Below, piece after piece: positions 28,767 through 39,139 of a DNA stretch of 64,000 nucleotides; within the stretch, counting starts at the first letter, position 1; every line of letters begins with the position of its first letter. The position numbers were made by a program, and so were the translations under genes. Source of the DNA: an uncultured Armatimonadetes bacterium (GTDB lineage: Bacteria; Armatimonadota; Hebobacteria; Hebobacterales; Hebobacteraceae); assembly GCA_963716175.1 (NCBI GenBank), contig OY970296.1, forward strand, positions 4,352,001 to 4,416,000. Reading direction: 5' to 3'. The notes under the pieces were generated by a model. The model worked only from the letters and a program-made list of their open reading frames with translations. It did not search any database and was not told the origin of the DNA.

Positions 28767-30259
28767 GAGCTATCCAGCCCCCCATCCTCCAGTCGGCCCA
28801 CCGCCTTAGTGTATGTCTCATACTGCTCTCGGTAAACCTCGCACCACTCTGCAACCGGCCCGCGTTCGGTCCACTCCGCTGCGGCCGGAAGATCGGTCTC
28901 GCCCAGCGCGCGGCGCGCCAGACAGGCTGCGCCGCGAACGGCGATATCTCCTCCGGAGTAGACCGACACGGACACCTCCAGCACCGAGGCCACAATGTCC
29001 GCCCACAAGGGGCTGCGGGCCGCGCCCCCAACCATGCGCAGCGCGCTCATGTCGGCTCCGTGTTCAGCCAGATAGCCGCAGGCCACCTTGACGTCCAGGA
29101 CAACCCCCTCCATCGCGGCCCGCCAGAGATGCTCCCGCCTGTGCCCAAGCGACCAACCCAGCAGCGCGCCTCGCGCTCCGGGGTCGGAGGTGGGCAGTGT
29201 CCGCCCCGTCAAATGGGGGATCATCATCAGACCGTCACTGCCCGCGGGAATCTGCCCCGCCCCGGCATTGATCTGAGCCCAATCCCGCGGTTGCCCGGTG
29301 ACATCCAGGGCCATATCCAGTGTCGAGCCGCCGCTCGAGATCGCCCCCATCAGCCCCCAGCGGCCATTCTGCACGTGCCGGCCGGGCCAAAAGGAGCTCT
29401 TCCGGTCAACGATAGGCCTCTCGCTCGTCATTAGCAGCGCCCAGGCAGTGCCGGCCGACAGCAGCAGATCGCCCGGGTTCACGCATCCCGCGCCAAGCGC
29501 GGCGGCATACTGGTCGTGCGCGGGCGTAGCTACCGGTATGCCCTCCGTCAGCCCCAGGGCGCGCGCGGCCGCTGGCTGGAGCAGCCCTGCCACCTCCCCT
29601 GCCCTGCGGGCCTGCCCTGAGCCAAGCCGAAGGGTCCGGGCGAACGCCTCCCGCGGCACGCCGATGCTGGTCAGGACCGGGAGAGCGACATCGCCGTCTG
29701 AGAGGCCATGCAGATTCGAGATGCCGAGATTGGTGGAATCGCTGACCCACTCACCGGCAAGCCGAAAGGTCAGATAGTCCGGCACGAAGGCCACGCGATA
29801 CGGGAGCGCGAACCAATCCGGCCGGTGGGCCTTCATCCAGCTCAACCCCGCAGGCGTCATGCTGCGCCGCGATACGCCCGTAACCTGGAAATGCTCCTCC
29901 CGCAGCTTCGGACTATCCACTTCAGGCCTGCTCAGCCGCCCGTCGCTCCACACCAGGGCGGGGCCGCGGGGCGTACCTTGCTGGTCGAAGATGGCAAACG
30001 TGCCGCCCTGGGTGGAGACCCCGATCCCGGCTATCCGCTCGCCAGGCACGCCAGCGCGGGCCAGCGCGTCGGCCGTGGCGCGACACAGGCCATCCCACCA
30101 ATCGTTCGGATCCTGCTCCACCCAGCCGGGTCGAGGTGAGACCACGACCTGCGGCGCCTCGCCGCGGCCCAGGCAGGAGCCGTCGGGCGCGTAGATGGCA
30201 GCCTTCACCAGTGTGGTGCCGACATCCACCCCCAGCACCAACTCATCGCCGGGCGGCAT
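28763..30259 (-). CDS. FGGY-family carbohydrate kinase (xylulokinase-like)
   Basis: LGVDVGTT, EQDP, HDQ, LSAGT, MEGV, GGAARSPLW. Confidence 0.9.
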   Translation of the reverse strand: MPPGDELVLGVDVGTTLVKAAIYAPDGSCLGRGEAPQVVVSPRPGWVEQDPNDWWDGLCRATADALARAGVPGERIAGIGVSTQGGTFAIFDQQGTPRGPALVWSDGRLSRPEVDSPKLREEHFQVTGVSRRSMTPAGLSWMKAHRPDWFALPYRVAFVPDYLTFRLAGEWVSDSTNLGISNLHGLSDGDVALPVLTSIGVPREAFARTLRLGSGQARRAGEVAGLLQPAAARALGLTEGIPVATPAHDQYAAALGAGCVNPGDLLLSAGTAWALLMTSERPIVDRKSSFWPGRHVQNGRWGLMGAISSGGSTLDMALDVTGQPRDWAQINAGAGQIPAGSDGLMMIPHLTGRTLPTSDPGARGALLGWSLGHRREHLWRAAMEGVVLDVKVACGYLAEHGADMSALRMVGGAARSPLWADIVASVLEVSVSVYSGGDIAVRGAACLARRALGETDLPAAAEWTERGPVAEWCEVYREQYETYTKAVGRLEDGGLDSS

Positions 30260-31358
30260 GCTCGTAGGCCTCGGCCATCAGGTACTGCAGCTTCACCCCG
30301 ACCCCCAGGTCTGGCTCCGCCGGTTCGCCCCGCGCCGCCGCCGACAGGAAGTTGTGGAGACACGCGGCATGCCCGCGCAGCCAACCGACGGACGCCTTTG
30401 GCGGCGGGAACACCGCGGGCGGCGGATAGGCTTGCACGGTCTCGATCGCTCTCCAGCCCCGCTCCGCGGCCGGCAACGTCTGATCGTAGGCCCAGAGATA
30501 GTCCGGCTGCATGAGGTTGAACCGCAGGGCGCCCCGGCTGCCGTTGATCTCGAAGCGCAGCTCATCCACTGCGCCGGCGGCGATCTTCGAGGCCTCGACA
30601 TGACCCAGCGCGCCGTTTGGCGCACGGACGGTCACAAGCACCGCGTCCTCGGTGGTCACGGGCACGGCCCGGGTCGGATCATCTGGCGCCGGGCGCTCGG
30701 GGTAAGCGGTATAGGTCGTGCAGTTCACTACTCGCAGCGGCCCTATCAGATACTGAACGAGGTCCAGGGCGTGAGAGCCCAGATCCAGCAAAACGCCACC
30801 TCCGGCCAGGCCAGCATCCAGCTTCCACTTCAGCGGCGCCTTCGGGTCAACGCTGCCGGAATGAAGGTAGGCGGAGCGCAGGGAGAGGAGGTCCCCGAGA
30901 AAGCCCGCGTCCACCATCTGCTTGGCGCGCATGGTGGCGGGGAAGAAGCGATTGTGCAGCACCATCTGGTGGGTGACGCGCGCCCCCGGCAGCACCGCCT
31001 CGATCTCCTGCGCCTCCTCCCGATTTCTGCAGAGCGGCTTATCGCAGTAGACGTGTTTGCCAGCCGCCAGCGCGGCGAGGACCTGCTCTTTGTGATATCG
31101 GTTGGGAGTGCAGACGTGGACGATGTGGATATCCGGCCGCGCGACCAGCTCTCGCCAGTCGGCGGTGGCGAATTCGAACCCGAATGCGTTCCGCGCGGCC
31201 TCGGCCGTCTCCGGCCGCGAGGTGGCGACACCGACCAGCCGCGTCCGGCACGGAATGGGATCGTAGAACAACGGTAGGTTGACGTGGCCGTAGGCATGAG
31301 TGCGGCCCATGAACCCGAAACCGATGATGCCGACGCCAAAGAGTTGCATCGTGGTCAC
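30243..31358 (-). CDS. Gfo/Idh/MocA oxidoreductase
   Basis: GIIGFGFMG, YCDKP, GGVLLDLGSH. Confidence 0.9.
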   Translation of the reverse strand: MTTMQLFGVGIIGFGFMGRTHAYGHVNLPLFYDPIPCRTRLVGVATSRPETAEAARNAFGFEFATADWRELVARPDIHIVHVCTPNRYHKEQVLAALAAGKHVYCDKPLCRNREEAQEIEAVLPGARVTHQMVLHNRFFPATMRAKQMVDAGFLGDLLSLRSAYLHSGSVDPKAPLKWKLDAGLAGGGVLLDLGSHALDLVQYLIGPLRVVNCTTYTAYPERPAPDDPTRAVPVTTEDAVLVTVRAPNGALGHVEASKIAAGAVDELRFEINGSRGALRFNLMQPDYLWAYDQTLPAAERGWRAIETVQAYPPPAVFPPPKASVGWLRGHAACLHNFLSAAARGEPAEPDLGVGVKLQYLMAEAYEHAARR

Positions 31359-31399
31359 CTATCACGGCAGCAGCAGCGGCCGTTCCCACCCAACGCTGC

Positions 31400-32767
31400 T
31401 CAGCGATATCCGAACTCTCGTTCCACCTCGGCGATGGACTCCTCGATGATCTCCAGGCCCTTGAGGAGAAGCTGCGGCTCCATGATAATCGGTGGGGACA
31501 TCCGCAGGATGTGACCGGCCGGGATCCATGCCAAGCCCTTCCGGAAGGCCTTCTGGTACACGAGCCGGCCGGCCTCATCGAAAGGCTCCTTCGTGGCGCG
31601 GTCCTTCACCAGCTCAATGCCCAACAGGCAGCCCTTCCCTCGCACATCCCCGATAATGGGATGTCGGGCCTGCATCTCGCGCATGCGCGGCAAGGCCAGC
31701 TCGCCAAGGCGAGTGGCATGCTCCAGAAGGTTCTCCTCCTCGATCACCTGCAGCGACGCCAACGCGGCCGCGCAGGCCATGGGATTGCCGCCATAGGAGG
31801 TGGAGGCGCTGATCCTGTCTATCGCCTCCGCATATGGCTCGCGCACGACCATGGCGGTGACCGGAAAGCCATTCCCGAAGCCCTTGCCGAGGGCGACCAC
31901 GTCCGGCAGCACACCCCAGTGCTCCATACACAGCCACTTGCCGGTCCGGCCGATGCCGGTCAGCACCTCATCCGCCATCAAGAGAAGGCCGCGCTCATCA
32001 CAGAATCGTCTCAGCTTTGGGAAAAAGTCCTCGGGCGGGAAGACAGAGCCGGCCCAGCCCTGCACCGGCTCCAGCACAAACGCCGCCACCTGCCCGGCTG
32101 TGCCCTCGCGCAAGTACTGGTCGTAATACGCCAGATAGGCATCGGTGTCTATGGCGCCGTCGGGCTTCGCCCAATGCGGACGGTAGGGGTCCGGCCGCGG
32201 GAGCAAGTGGAAGCCCGGGGCGCGGGCGGGGCCATCGGTGGCCTTGAAGGGGGCCAGGCTCACCGCGCCGAGAGTCTTGCCGTGGAAGTCGCGGAAGCAG
32301 GAGAGGAACTCCCACTTGCCGGTGGCGGCGCGACAGACGCGGAGCCCGGCCTCCACCGCGGTGGCCCCGCTATCATAGAGCTGCATCCCGTTCAGGTCGC
32401 CGGGGAGTATCTGCTCCACCTTCTCCAGGAGTTCCATCTTGATGGGTGTGGTAAAGTCGTGGCAGTTCATCAGGGTGTGAGCATATCTGGCCACGGCCTC
32501 GCTGACCTTGGGATGGCAGTGCCCGAGGCTCGTCACGTAAATCCCCGACGAGAAGTCGAGGTAGGTATTGCCGTCCACATCAGTCAGGGTCACCCCGCGG
32601 CCTTTCTCGAAGACGACTGGGAAGAGCCGGACCTGGCTGGAGTAGCCCTTCATCAGCCGGGCTGCGCGGCCGTGGTACTCTCGCGACCGCGGCCCCGGGA
32701 TCTCGCTGGTGATAAGATGGGGCACTGAGGCCGAGGCCACCCGGCCCCATTCGACCGAAGTCGCCAT
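31400..32767 (-). CDS. Class III PLP-dependent aminotransferase
   Basis: DVDGNTYLDF, FHGKT, EPVQG, DEVLTGIGRTG, LGKG, GDVRGKG. Confidence 0.92.
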   Translation of the reverse strand: MATSVEWGRVASASVPHLITSEIPGPRSREYHGRAARLMKGYSSQVRLFPVVFEKGRGVTLTDVDGNTYLDFSSGIYVTSLGHCHPKVSEAVARYAHTLMNCHDFTTPIKMELLEKVEQILPGDLNGMQLYDSGATAVEAGLRVCRAATGKWEFLSCFRDFHGKTLGAVSLAPFKATDGPARAPGFHLLPRPDPYRPHWAKPDGAIDTDAYLAYYDQYLREGTAGQVAAFVLEPVQGWAGSVFPPEDFFPKLRRFCDERGLLLMADEVLTGIGRTGKWLCMEHWGVLPDVVALGKGFGNGFPVTAMVVREPYAEAIDRISASTSYGGNPMACAAALASLQVIEEENLLEHATRLGELALPRMREMQARHPIIGDVRGKGCLLGIELVKDRATKEPFDEAGRLVYQKAFRKGLAWIPAGHILRMSPPIIMEPQLLLKGLEIIEESIAEVEREFGYR

Positions 32768-32780
32768 CGCTTTCTCCTCC

Positions 32781-33608
32781 TCACCCACCGGGGCTATCCG
32801 CCAACTCGAACCGGTGAGCCGCCTCCTCGGCGCTCACTCCCTCTCGCACGACGGCGCACAAGGCGGCCTGGAAACGCTGTGGGTCCGGCACCTGGAGCGC
32901 ATTCCGGCCGAAGACCACCCCCCGCGCGCCATCCCGAATCTCGCTTTCGGCCAGTTGCAGGGCTTGCAGCTGAGTGTCCGCCTTCTCCGCGCCCAGGCCC
33001 AGAATCGGAACCGGGCAGCCGGCCACCACTTCCTGGAAGCGGTAGGTGTAGAAGGTCTTGATGAGATCCGCTCCCAGCTCGGCCGCCACCCGACACCCGG
33101 TGCGCACCAGATCGTGCATCTCCTCTTTCGTGAGTTCATGGGAGCGCGCCGGAAAGAACTCGCCGATCGCGGGGAGGCCCAGCCGCCGCGCCTCCTGCAC
33201 CAGTTGGCAGAACACGGCGACATTCTCGGCGTCCCTCTGCTCGCTGCCGGTGCGCAAGGTAAGCGACGCGAGCACGATGTCGGCGCCGAGCGCCAGCGCC
33301 TCCTGCGCCGTCACCGCAACCGCGCCCGCGGCGTCGCTATACCCCCAGTGAAACGCGTAGACCGAATTCCAGTTGAGCCGCACCACGGCCAGGGGTCCGT
33401 CCCGGGTCGCGAACAGGTCTCCACAGTGCCCGATCATTCCGGGGGAGAGCAGCACGCCGTTCACGGCGCGATTCACCGCGCGGGAGAGTGCGCGCGGCAG
33501 GTCTATCAGGCCTGGGATGGGGCCGTCGAATTCGCCATGATCCGCGGCCACGATCACCGCATTGCCCTGAGAGAATAGCCTCCTGAGTCGGATCTCTTTG
33601 CCGGTCAT
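32781..33608 (-). CDS. Class I aldolase (DhnA/LsrF family)
   Basis: AADHG, ELGADLIKT (Schiff-base Lys), VFGRN. Confidence 0.88.
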   Translation of the reverse strand: MTGKEIRLRRLFSQGNAVIVAADHGEFDGPIPGLIDLPRALSRAVNRAVNGVLLSPGMIGHCGDLFATRDGPLAVVRLNWNSVYAFHWGYSDAAGAVAVTAQEALALGADIVLASLTLRTGSEQRDAENVAVFCQLVQEARRLGLPAIGEFFPARSHELTKEEMHDLVRTGCRVAAELGADLIKTFYTYRFQEVVAGCPVPILGLGAEKADTQLQALQLAESEIRDGARGVVFGRNALQVPDPQRFQAALCAVVREGVSAEEAAHRFELADSPGG

Positions 33609-33638
33609 GGCTGCTCCTGCCCCTCTTTCCAGGCCGCC

Positions 33639-34727
33639 CTACCGCAGTCGAGGTGGTAGTGACACCGCGGCCTCGCAGGCGGCCTCCAGCAGCGACGCGC
33701 CGAGGTCGCGCATGCCATCATCGGTGCGGCGGTTCCAGGCGATATCGAAGCCGAGAGTGCGGGATCCAAAACGCTCGCGGGCATACCAGGTGTTGGTCAC
33801 GGCCGGCACCTCGGGCTTGGAGTTCTGGATCCGCCATCTCCACACGGGCCCGCCGACATCGCCCAGCAGGCGGGGGAGGAAGAACGCCGCCGCCTCCCGG
33901 TCTTCATAGCGGAAGTTGTCGAGGTCATTGTACATCCAGCCGTGAAGGTTCACGTAGATGTAGGGCCGCAGCTTCTCCATGAACCCACGGAGAGCGACAC
34001 ACGTGGGGTCGTCAGAGGTCCCGAACTGGTGGCAGATGTCCACGCCGCCGGGCCCGGTCAGCCGGCACCATCCGCCGGCGACGCCATCCGGGTTCGAGAC
34101 CGGGATGAGGTGCACGGCCACCCGGCGCTGCCATTCCTTCCCGGGGCCAAGCAGCCACGAGAGCATGCCATCAATGCAGTAAGCACCGGTGGTCTCGTAG
34201 GGATGGTCGCCCCCCTCGATCAGCACCACAGGCCGAGAGCGGCCGGCCTCGGGCGCGACCGACACCACGAACAGCTCTCGTCCCTGGCCGGTCTTGCCGA
34301 TGCTCTGCACTGCGACCTCCGGGCGCAGCCGCAGCTTCTCCAGATCCGCGAGGTGGTCGGAATAGCTGTACTTCGGGTTCAGCGACACCCAGGTCTCGCC
34401 AGGCGGCACCTCGGCCGAGACGGTCACGACCGTGCCCGCGATCTCTCCGCCCACGCGCCGCCAGTGGCCGCCGGAGCGGAAGAACAGGTGATCGCGGGGC
34501 TCCATGTAGACAGGGTCTTGCCAGTCAACGTGCAAGACTACCTCTCGCGGTTGCTCACCGCGGTTGATGATCAGCGTATCCATGCGGAACTTGTAGTTGG
34601 AGTTGTCTTCCTCTTGTGTCGGGAAGAGGGTGAAGGCCGCGGGGCCCTCGCGCTTGCAGCCCGAGCGATGCTGCGGATTGGCGCCCTCGAAATCGGTGGA
34701 AACAGCTATCGCTTCAGCCGCGTTCAT
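33639..34727 (-). CDS. M14-family zinc carboxypeptidase/deacylase
   Basis: DFEGAN, HPYE, SNPDG, NLHG; start placed at MNAAE. Confidence 0.8.
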   Translation of the reverse strand: MNAAEAIAVSTDFEGANPQHRSGCKREGPAAFTLFPTQEEDNSNYKFRMDTLIINRGEQPREVVLHVDWQDPVYMEPRDHLFFRSGGHWRRVGGEIAGTVVTVSAEVPPGETWVSLNPKYSYSDHLADLEKLRLRPEVAVQSIGKTGQGRELFVVSVAPEAGRSRPVVLIEGGDHPYETTGAYCIDGMLSWLLGPGKEWQRRVAVHLIPVSNPDGVAGGWCRLTGPGGVDICHQFGTSDDPTCVALRGFMEKLRPYIYVNLHGWMYNDLDNFRYEDREAAAFFLPRLLGDVGGPVWRWRIQNSKPEVPAVTNTWYARERFGSRTLGFDIAWNRRTDDGMRDLGASLLEAACEAAVSLPPRLR

Positions 34728-35072
34728 GGCCGTCACCTTCGGGCTGAGCGCGCACGCTTCCTGCCACCAGCCGGGACCTGGGCCGCGGCGTTCACTTGCA
34801 CGGGGAGCGGCCGAGGTGGCGGGAGCCCTTAGGCCCCGTTCGGTCCGGGGTGTCCCTAGGCCTGCAGGCCGGGATGGCGGCCCGGCAGAGCCGGGCTTAG
34901 CCAGCGGCCCATGGGGCCTAGCCACTACCGCTGCTGCCACCAGCCAGAGCGTAAAGGAGAGCAAGAGAGGCTTCCGCGCGATCACGGCTAAATATCGCCC
35001 TGGGGCAGCGGAACCGACTCGCTCGCTGGTCGAGAGTGGGTTGCTGCTACATGCTAGTGGGAGCAATAGGTC

Positions 35073-36209
35073 ATGAGCATCGTGCGCATCGGGCTGGCCG
35101 GTTGCGGCAGCGTCTCACAGCGGGGACTGCTGCCCCACCTGGCCCAGGATGACGTCAGGCAGTGGTGCGAGCTGACCGCGGTGATGGACCCCGTGCCGGG
35201 TCGGGCGGAGGCCTCAGCCAGGAAGTTCGGGGCCAGGCTGTGGTTCCAGGACTACGACCAGATGCTGGCCTCGGATATCGACGCGGTGGTCATCGCCTCG
35301 CCTATCGGGGTGCACTACGAGCAGGCGATGAAGGCGATCCGCGCCGGCAAGCACGTCCACGCCAACAAGACTATGACCACGACCAAGGCGGAGGCGGACG
35401 ACGTGATGGAGGCGGCAAAGCGAGCGGGGGTGAAGATCGTCGCATCGCCCGGCCGCGCCCACCAGGCGGGCCCGAAGCGGATGAGGGAGATCGTCGCCTC
35501 CGGGGAGATCGGACGGATCTACTGGGCTGAGGTCGGGGCCTCCTCCGAGGGGCACGAGTATGAGGGTTTCCGCAAACCGGGCGATGTGCTGACCGATATC
35601 AGGCCGGCCTGGTACTACCGACGCCCCGGCGGCGGGCCGATGTACGACATGTGCGTCTACGCCCTGCACACCATCACCGGCATCCTCGGTCCGGTGAAGC
35701 GCGTGGCGGGCATGTCCGCGATCGGCCTGAGGGAGCGCCGCTACTACGACGAGCGCATCCAGGTGGACATGGATGACAACACTCACTTGCTGCTCGATTT
35801 CGGCGACAGCGTCTTCGCCCTGGTGTTCAGCAGCAACAGCGCTACCGGGGATGCCCGCCCCTTCTCGGCGCCATTTGTGTCCGGCAGCAGGGGCGCTGTC
35901 GCCGCCGGGCGCGGAGGCATTGAGGTGTGGGCGGAAGGGATTGCGGGTGGCCATCGAGTAGAGACACCAGGCAGCGAAATGCCCTTCGTCTTCGGGCCTC
36001 ATCTCGAGCTGCCGGAACGACACGTCTACTCGGACATCATGCACTTGGTGGACTGCGTGCTCAACAACAAGGAGCCGGCCATCAGCGCCGAGCATGCCCG
36101 CCATGTCATCGAGATGATCGAGCTGGGCTACCGCGCCGCCGAAACCGGCCGGACCCAGAACATGACGACCGCCTTCACCCTCCGGGAGCTCACTGTGGGG
36201 CCGGGGTGA
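35073..36209 (+). CDS. Gfo/Idh/MocA oxidoreductase
   Basis: GLAGCGSV, GKHVHANK, GGGPMYDMCVY. Confidence 0.9.
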   Translation: MSIVRIGLAGCGSVSQRGLLPHLAQDDVRQWCELTAVMDPVPGRAEASARKFGARLWFQDYDQMLASDIDAVVIASPIGVHYEQAMKAIRAGKHVHANKTMTTTKAEADDVMEAAKRAGVKIVASPGRAHQAGPKRMREIVASGEIGRIYWAEVGASSEGHEYEGFRKPGDVLTDIRPAWYYRRPGGGPMYDMCVYALHTITGILGPVKRVAGMSAIGLRERRYYDERIQVDMDDNTHLLLDFGDSVFALVFSSNSATGDARPFSAPFVSGSRGAVAAGRGGIEVWAEGIAGGHRVETPGSEMPFVFGPHLELPERHVYSDIMHLVDCVLNNKEPAISAEHARHVIEMIELGYRAAETGRTQNMTTAFTLRELTVGPG

Positions 36210-36247
36210 ACGTTCGGGTTGGGGCACATACTTTCAGGAGAGAGAAG

Positions 36248-37033
36248 ATGCTGAAGACCTCTATTCGCGCCGCGATGAGACCGGACGCAGACAAGGATGT
36301 CCATCCCCTGAAATGGGCGTGCGAGGGGGGCTCCAGGCTGGGGTTCGACGGCCTGGAGCTGTGTCTGGAAGCCGACGCCTGGCAGTTCAAGACGTCGGGC
36401 GCTTGGCCCCAGGAATGGAAGGACGGGACCAAGGCGCTCTGCAAGCAGTATAACATCTCCGTTCTCTCACTGTCCTCGGACTGGGCCTGGGCCTATGCCT
36501 CCTTCTGCCCCAGCCTGACGCAGTGGAGCAGGGGTGTGGAGCTGCTTCGCGACGATGCGAAGCTGGCCAAAGAGCTGGGAGCCCATACCATCCTGATGCA
36601 CTTCGGCACCGCGAAAGGCTCCTGGGAGGACTGCCGGGCCTTGCTGAAGGGTGCAGCCGCGGCCGGCCAGGAATTCGGGGTCTGCTTCGGGTACGAGGCC
36701 AACATCTGGGTGCGGCTCGGGTTCGGGGAGCTGGATTCACTCTGCCGCATGACCGATGAGGTGGGCAACCCCTACTTCGGCGTCTATCTGCACAACGCCT
36801 ATCCGCGCGCCGGCTCGCCCCTGCACGAGGAGATCGAACAGGCAGGAAAGCGCCTGGTGAAGGCCATGCATTCCTCGTCTCTGGTAGCAGGCCGGGTCGA
36901 GATAGACTTCCCGAAGGCTTTCGCCGCCATGAAGAAGCACTTCGCGGACGGCGTCTACACCTTCGAGGTCGGCTGGAAGGAGGCGGAGGCAAATAAGAAG
37001 CTGTTGGACGAGATGATCAGCAAGTACTGGTAG
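36248..37033 (+). CDS. Sugar phosphate isomerase/epimerase (xylose isomerase-like TIM barrel)
   Basis: LGFDGLEL, AKELGA, FGYE, YTFE; RBS AGGAG. Confidence 0.75.
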   Translation: MLKTSIRAAMRPDADKDVHPLKWACEGGSRLGFDGLELCLEADAWQFKTSGAWPQEWKDGTKALCKQYNISVLSLSSDWAWAYASFCPSLTQWSRGVELLRDDAKLAKELGAHTILMHFGTAKGSWEDCRALLKGAAAAGQEFGVCFGYEANIWVRLGFGELDSLCRMTDEVGNPYFGVYLHNAYPRAGSPLHEEIEQAGKRLVKAMHSSSLVAGRVEIDFPKAFAAMKKHFADGVYTFEVGWKEAEANKKLLDEMISKYW

Positions 37034-37123
37034 GCCTTGCTGCGCCTGAACTGCGTTCCGACCCCGGGGGCGCACCACGGACGGTATCGCCAAGACGTAT
37101 GCCGGGAAGCTAAGGAGGCAAGC

Positions 37124-38170
37124 GTGAACAAGAAGATCAAGTTTGGGATTGTCGGCATGACCAGTGACCACGTCTGGGGGATGGGACGCAGGCTGGGCGC
37201 GCTGCCGGCAGTGGAGCTGGTTGCGGCTGCCGATCCCCACGAGGAGCTGCGCAACAGAGCCCGCGAGCAGTTCGGCGTCAAGGCGCTCTACGCCGATGAT
37301 CGTGCCATGTACGAGAAAGAGAAGGTAGACGCCATTCTGGTCTGCTGTGACAACGCGGGCAAGGCCGACATCGTCGAGGAGGCGTCCAAGCGCGGCGTCC
37401 ACGTCTACCAGGACAAGCCCATGGCAGCTACGCTCGCGCAGGCAGACAGGAGTGTGACTGCGGCCGAGAGATCCGGCATCAAGCTGATGGTCGCCTACCA
37501 CAACTACTTCGGCGGCGCCTATGGCAGAGTGAAGGAGCTGCTGGGCGGGGGGCAGATAGGCAAGATCTACCTGGCCCGAGGGATCATTGGACACGCCGGG
37601 CCCAGAGAGGTCGGCTGTGATCCCTACTTCTGCGAGTGGCTCTTCGATAGAGAGAAGAACGGGGGCGGAACCTTCGTGGATGAGGCCTGCTACGGTCTGA
37701 GCGCCTTTCTGGACTACCTGGGGCCGGTGACCGAGGTGGCGGCGTTCATGACCCAGATCGGGTCTCGCGACTATCTCCCACCCGACGTGGAGGACAACTC
37801 GGTGGCGCTGCTGCGCTTCAAGAGCGGGGCGCTGGGCGTGGTTGACTCCAAGTGGGGACAGGTGGGGACGATGCCTTTTGCTTCCTCCTACCACGGTACG
37901 GACGGCACCATCACGGTGGGGCGGCGCGGCCTCAACCTCTACTCCCGCCGGGCGCTGCCCGAGAATCTGGCGGGCTGGATAGAGATCCCGGTTGAGCCCG
38001 AGAGCCGGCCGGGGATCGGAAGCGAGGCCGAGTATTTCGTCAACTGCGTGCTGAAGGACAAGCCCATCGAGGGCGCGGTGAGCGCGCGAGGGGCGAGAGC
38101 CACGCAAGAGGTGATCGAGGCGGTCTACCGCTCGGCCGCGACGGCCCAGGCGGTGAAGCTGCCTCTCTAA
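37124..38170 (+). CDS. Gfo/Idh/MocA oxidoreductase
   Basis: HVYQDKPMA, GGGTFVDEACY, VEDN; GTG start after AAGGAGG. Confidence 0.9.
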   Translation: MNKKIKFGIVGMTSDHVWGMGRRLGALPAVELVAAADPHEELRNRAREQFGVKALYADDRAMYEKEKVDAILVCCDNAGKADIVEEASKRGVHVYQDKPMAATLAQADRSVTAAERSGIKLMVAYHNYFGGAYGRVKELLGGGQIGKIYLARGIIGHAGPREVGCDPYFCEWLFDREKNGGGTFVDEACYGLSAFLDYLGPVTEVAAFMTQIGSRDYLPPDVEDNSVALLRFKSGALGVVDSKWGQVGTMPFASSYHGTDGTITVGRRGLNLYSRRALPENLAGWIEIPVEPESRPGIGSEAEYFVNCVLKDKPIEGAVSARGARATQEVIEAVYRSAATAQAVKLPL

Positions 38171-38193
38171 TCCCTGGAGGCCGGGAGTCACGA

Positions 38194-38985
38194 ATGCAAA
38201 TGCGCGTCGCGGAGAGGATCAAAGGCTGGCAAGTTCCACGGGGCTCAGTTGCCATCTGGTGGCTGGGCCAGAACTCCTACCTTCTGCAGGGGCCGTCCAC
38301 AGTCATCATGGTGGATCCGTATTTCTCGCGTCCCGGCCCACGCGAGAAGTACGTCCACGAGGAAGCGCCGCTGCGCGCGGACGAGATCGGGCCGGAGGCG
38401 GTGTTCTGCACCCATAACCACAGCGATCACACGGATCCCGACTTCCTCTCCGCGCTCAGCCAGCACTGGCCTGCTGCGCGCTTCTATGGTCCTGCCGAGA
38501 GCGCGGAGGCGATGAGGGGGGCCGGCATCCCTGGGGATCGTGTCACGCCGGTGCAGGCCGGCGATGTGGTTCGCAGCGGGGAGGTGTCCGCGCTAGCGCT
38601 CTTGTCCAAGACGCCCCAGGTGAGCGACGTCGCCCACTACGGATACGTGCTTCAGATAGCCGGCGCGCCCAAGGTCTATGACACTGGAGACATCATGCGG
38701 GGGGTTACCCGCGAGCCAAACCTCATGGATCCCCTGCGCGCCGCCGCGCCCGAGGTGGCGCTGGTCACGACCTCGCCCACCGAAGTGGAGTTCCCGGACT
38801 TCTCGGAGGCGGCCGCGCTCGCCCGGGAGATCGGGGCCCGCGTGGTCATTCCGGCCCACTACGGCTGCTTCGCCAGGCGCACCTTCGACCCCGCGCGGTT
38901 CGCGGCACAGGTCGGCAGCGGGGGTGCCCTGCGCCCGGTCATCATCCCCTACTGCGACGTCTATCAGCACCCGCCCGCGGCTTGA
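38194..38985 (+). CDS. Metallo-beta-lactamase fold hydrolase (UlaG-like)
   Basis: WWLGQ, DPYFS, THNHSDHTD, TGD, IPAHY. Confidence 0.88.
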   Translation: MQMRVAERIKGWQVPRGSVAIWWLGQNSYLLQGPSTVIMVDPYFSRPGPREKYVHEEAPLRADEIGPEAVFCTHNHSDHTDPDFLSALSQHWPAARFYGPAESAEAMRGAGIPGDRVTPVQAGDVVRSGEVSALALLSKTPQVSDVAHYGYVLQIAGAPKVYDTGDIMRGVTREPNLMDPLRAAAPEVALVTTSPTEVEFPDFSEAAALAREIGARVVIPAHYGCFARRTFDPARFAAQVGSGGALRPVIIPYCDVYQHPPAA

Positions 38986-39010
38986 CAGAGGTCCTTTCGC
39001 CAGTTATCCT
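38982..39010 (+). promoter_or_regulatory. Sigma70-type promoter upstream of the tandem pilin-like genes
   Basis: TTGACA-17 nt-TATCCT. Confidence 0.65.
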
Positions 39011-39107
39011 TGGCCGGTCAGGTCGAGCGAAGTCAGGCGGGGGGTGCGAAGGTGGCTGCCGCATCTGCTGGCTCTTGCTTTCTGCACCGGTCTTCCCACC
39101 AAGCGGT

Positions 39108-39139
39108 AGGCGCGCGGGTTTGGCGCGCCTTCTTCTTTT
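39108..39139 (+). terminator. Intrinsic terminator-like hairpin
   Basis: AGGCGCGC-GGGTTTG-GCGCGCCT followed by TCTTCTTTT. Confidence 0.55.

Noticed and set aside
34728-35066. N-terminal extension of the M14 ORF as a signal peptide
   Set aside because: It is low-complexity Pro/Arg/Ala sequence spanning the divergent promoter region; family-like sequence begins at MNAAE (34727).
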